The notes under the pieces were generated by a model that saw only the letters and a list, made by a program, of their open reading frames with translations, did no database searches and had not been told where the DNA came from. A program made the position numbers and the translations under genes. A stretch of 64,000 nucleotides of DNA from Octopus sinensis (lineage: Eukaryota), in assembly GCF_006345805.1 (NCBI RefSeq), contig NC_043023.1, positions 19,592,001 through 19,656,000 on the forward strand, written 5' to 3'. Positions 62,578 to 64,000 of this stretch are shown here, piece after piece. The first letter of the stretch is position 1, and every line of letters begins with the position of its first letter.

Positions 62578-62967
62578 TTATATATATATATGAAGTTGGC
62601 CTGCTCACTTAGCAAGCGAGGTGGCGTCATTCGAAGGCTAAATCAATGCGAAGCGCATTGTGACCAGCGATGTGTAACAACATCTGATAGCCTGGTCGGT
62701 CACGGTGATATATATGAATTAGAATGATTTCAGCAAAATGAAAACAAACATTTCTGGTCAGGATATAAAAGGGGAGACAATTATAATTTTTTTACGTTGA
62801 GACAACAAATAACAAATAGTCTCCCTTACCTTGATTATATTTCTGTCATTAACGCTAATGACTTTTTTCTTGCTCAATAGTGTGTTGTTTTTTTGTTTTA
62901 ATTAATTTAACGTATTTTCAACTCAATACATATTAGTAATGTTCCTTTAAAAATTAAAAAGAAGAAA

Positions 62968-63379
62968 GGATCTTTTCGGTTTGACCGGCAGTTTTTTAAA
63001 ATAATTTCCACGTAACTAAACACTTTTAAACTTCGTATACTGGTAGAATGTGTTTATAAAACATCTTTTTCTCTTGGCTTTATTGAGAAAATTCTATAGT
63101 TTGTAAGATATTTGTTGTTTTTTTTCCTTCAATTTCTGCAATTTCAACCAATCAATGACGTCTATTGAGATAAAAAAAACATTGTGCCGTATGAACATGT
63201 CCCTCGTTTAAGAAACAAATTGGGTTTATTTACATTTGTGAAGAAAAGAAAGATACCCTCCCCCATCCCTAACCCTAAAACAGATTGAAATGCAATAGAT
63301 CGATTCTAGGGTCATAATTATGGGTGACAATTTCATATGACACCGCTAGAAAAAACTGCCGTTCAAACCGAAAAGATCC
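62968..63379. mobile_element. 412-bp MITE, intact monomer
   Basis: TIRs GGATCTTTTCGGTTTGACCGGCAG and CTGCCGTTCAAACCGAAAAGATCC. Internal CCCTAACCCTAA. No obvious TSD. Confidence 0.85.
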
Positions 63380-63647
63380 ACTATATGTTGCTATGCCGAC
63401 CACGTAATATGTAAATCCTGTATAATTTTAACAGATTATCTAAATTTAAATGCAAATCCTATAAAATTTTTTACAGATTTAAATTTAAATTTTTTGCTCC
63501 ATAAAACCAAGAAAACAGTGGTCCTTCCCCTGCAGGTTTGCATAGAAAGGGTGTAATGTGGGATTTTACATGGGTTTTCATCCACTCCCCCATTCAACCG
63601 CACCACATCTGTTTTTCCTCGTTATTTTCCCCTTAACGACTCAACAG

Positions 63648-63762
63648 AAAAACAAACCAGGCCGACTTATACTGCTTTACGACTACGATGAAAATATTTG
63701 TCCCCGTGTCGCCTCTACAATTGCCGAAAGGGGTTTTGATAATTTATTTCTACTTTCTGGAG
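63648..63762 (+). CDS. CEP41: CEP41 exon 9
   Basis: 115 nt, GTAAGT donor at 63763. KNKPGRLILLYDYDENICPRVASTIAERGFDNLFLLSGG is similar to vertebrate [39 protein letters not shown]. The gene continues beyond the window. Confidence 0.96.
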
Positions 63763-64000
63763 GTAAGTATGAATTATTTTTGTTATTGTTGTTGTTGTCA
63801 CTGTGTATCTATTCAGTGCCCTTCCTAATGCCAACCCCTTTTTTAGAGCATACTGAGTGCTTTTTGTGTGGTGCCAGTACCCACACCAATGCCTTGGTTT
63901 TAGGATTGCACTTCTGTTGTGGTGGGCGGGTTTTCGTGAGTAGACCAATGCACCACCTGGTCCTTTGTCATCTCCTTCATAAGGCTCAGAGTTTTCATTT

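Larger units (their letters stand above)
61281..63647 (+). other. CEP41: U12-type (minor spliceosome) GT-AG intron, 2367 nt
   Basis: 5' site GTATCCTTTT. Branch site TTTTCCCCTTAAC at 63625-63637, 10 nt before the end of the AG acceptor. No polypyrimidine tract between them. Confidence 0.9.

Overview
AT-rich, repeat-dense eukaryotic DNA. The SINE, RTE-tail and microsatellite content points to an Octopus (coleoid cephalopod) genome; that assignment is an inference from the repeat families. Two spliced protein-coding genes lie on the + strand. The first is the last four coding exons of a CCR4-type deadenylase (CNOT6/CNOT6L, 2054-8879), which ends in an unusual ~105-aa Gly/Ser/Asn tail. The second is the first nine coding exons of the ciliary rhodanese-like gene CEP41 (34685-63762), which continues past the window. 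The rest is tRNA-derived SINEs, LINE fragments, Tc1/mariner remnants, MITEs, non-autonomous Helitrons, minisatellites, TE-derived tandem arrays and microsatellites. Almost all ORFs in the supplied track are microsatellite or repeat artefacts. I see no CRISPR array, operon or prokaryote-type system. Best second-look items: a U12-type (minor spliceosome) intron in CEP41; type-I hammerhead-ribozyme-like motifs in a dispersed repeat; an RFX X-box/NRF1/YY1 promoter at CEP41; a triplicated splice donor and low-complexity tail in CNOT6; and two LINE-SINE pairs with shared 3' ends. All coordinates and alignments were read by eye. Family names rest on motif recognition, not database searches.
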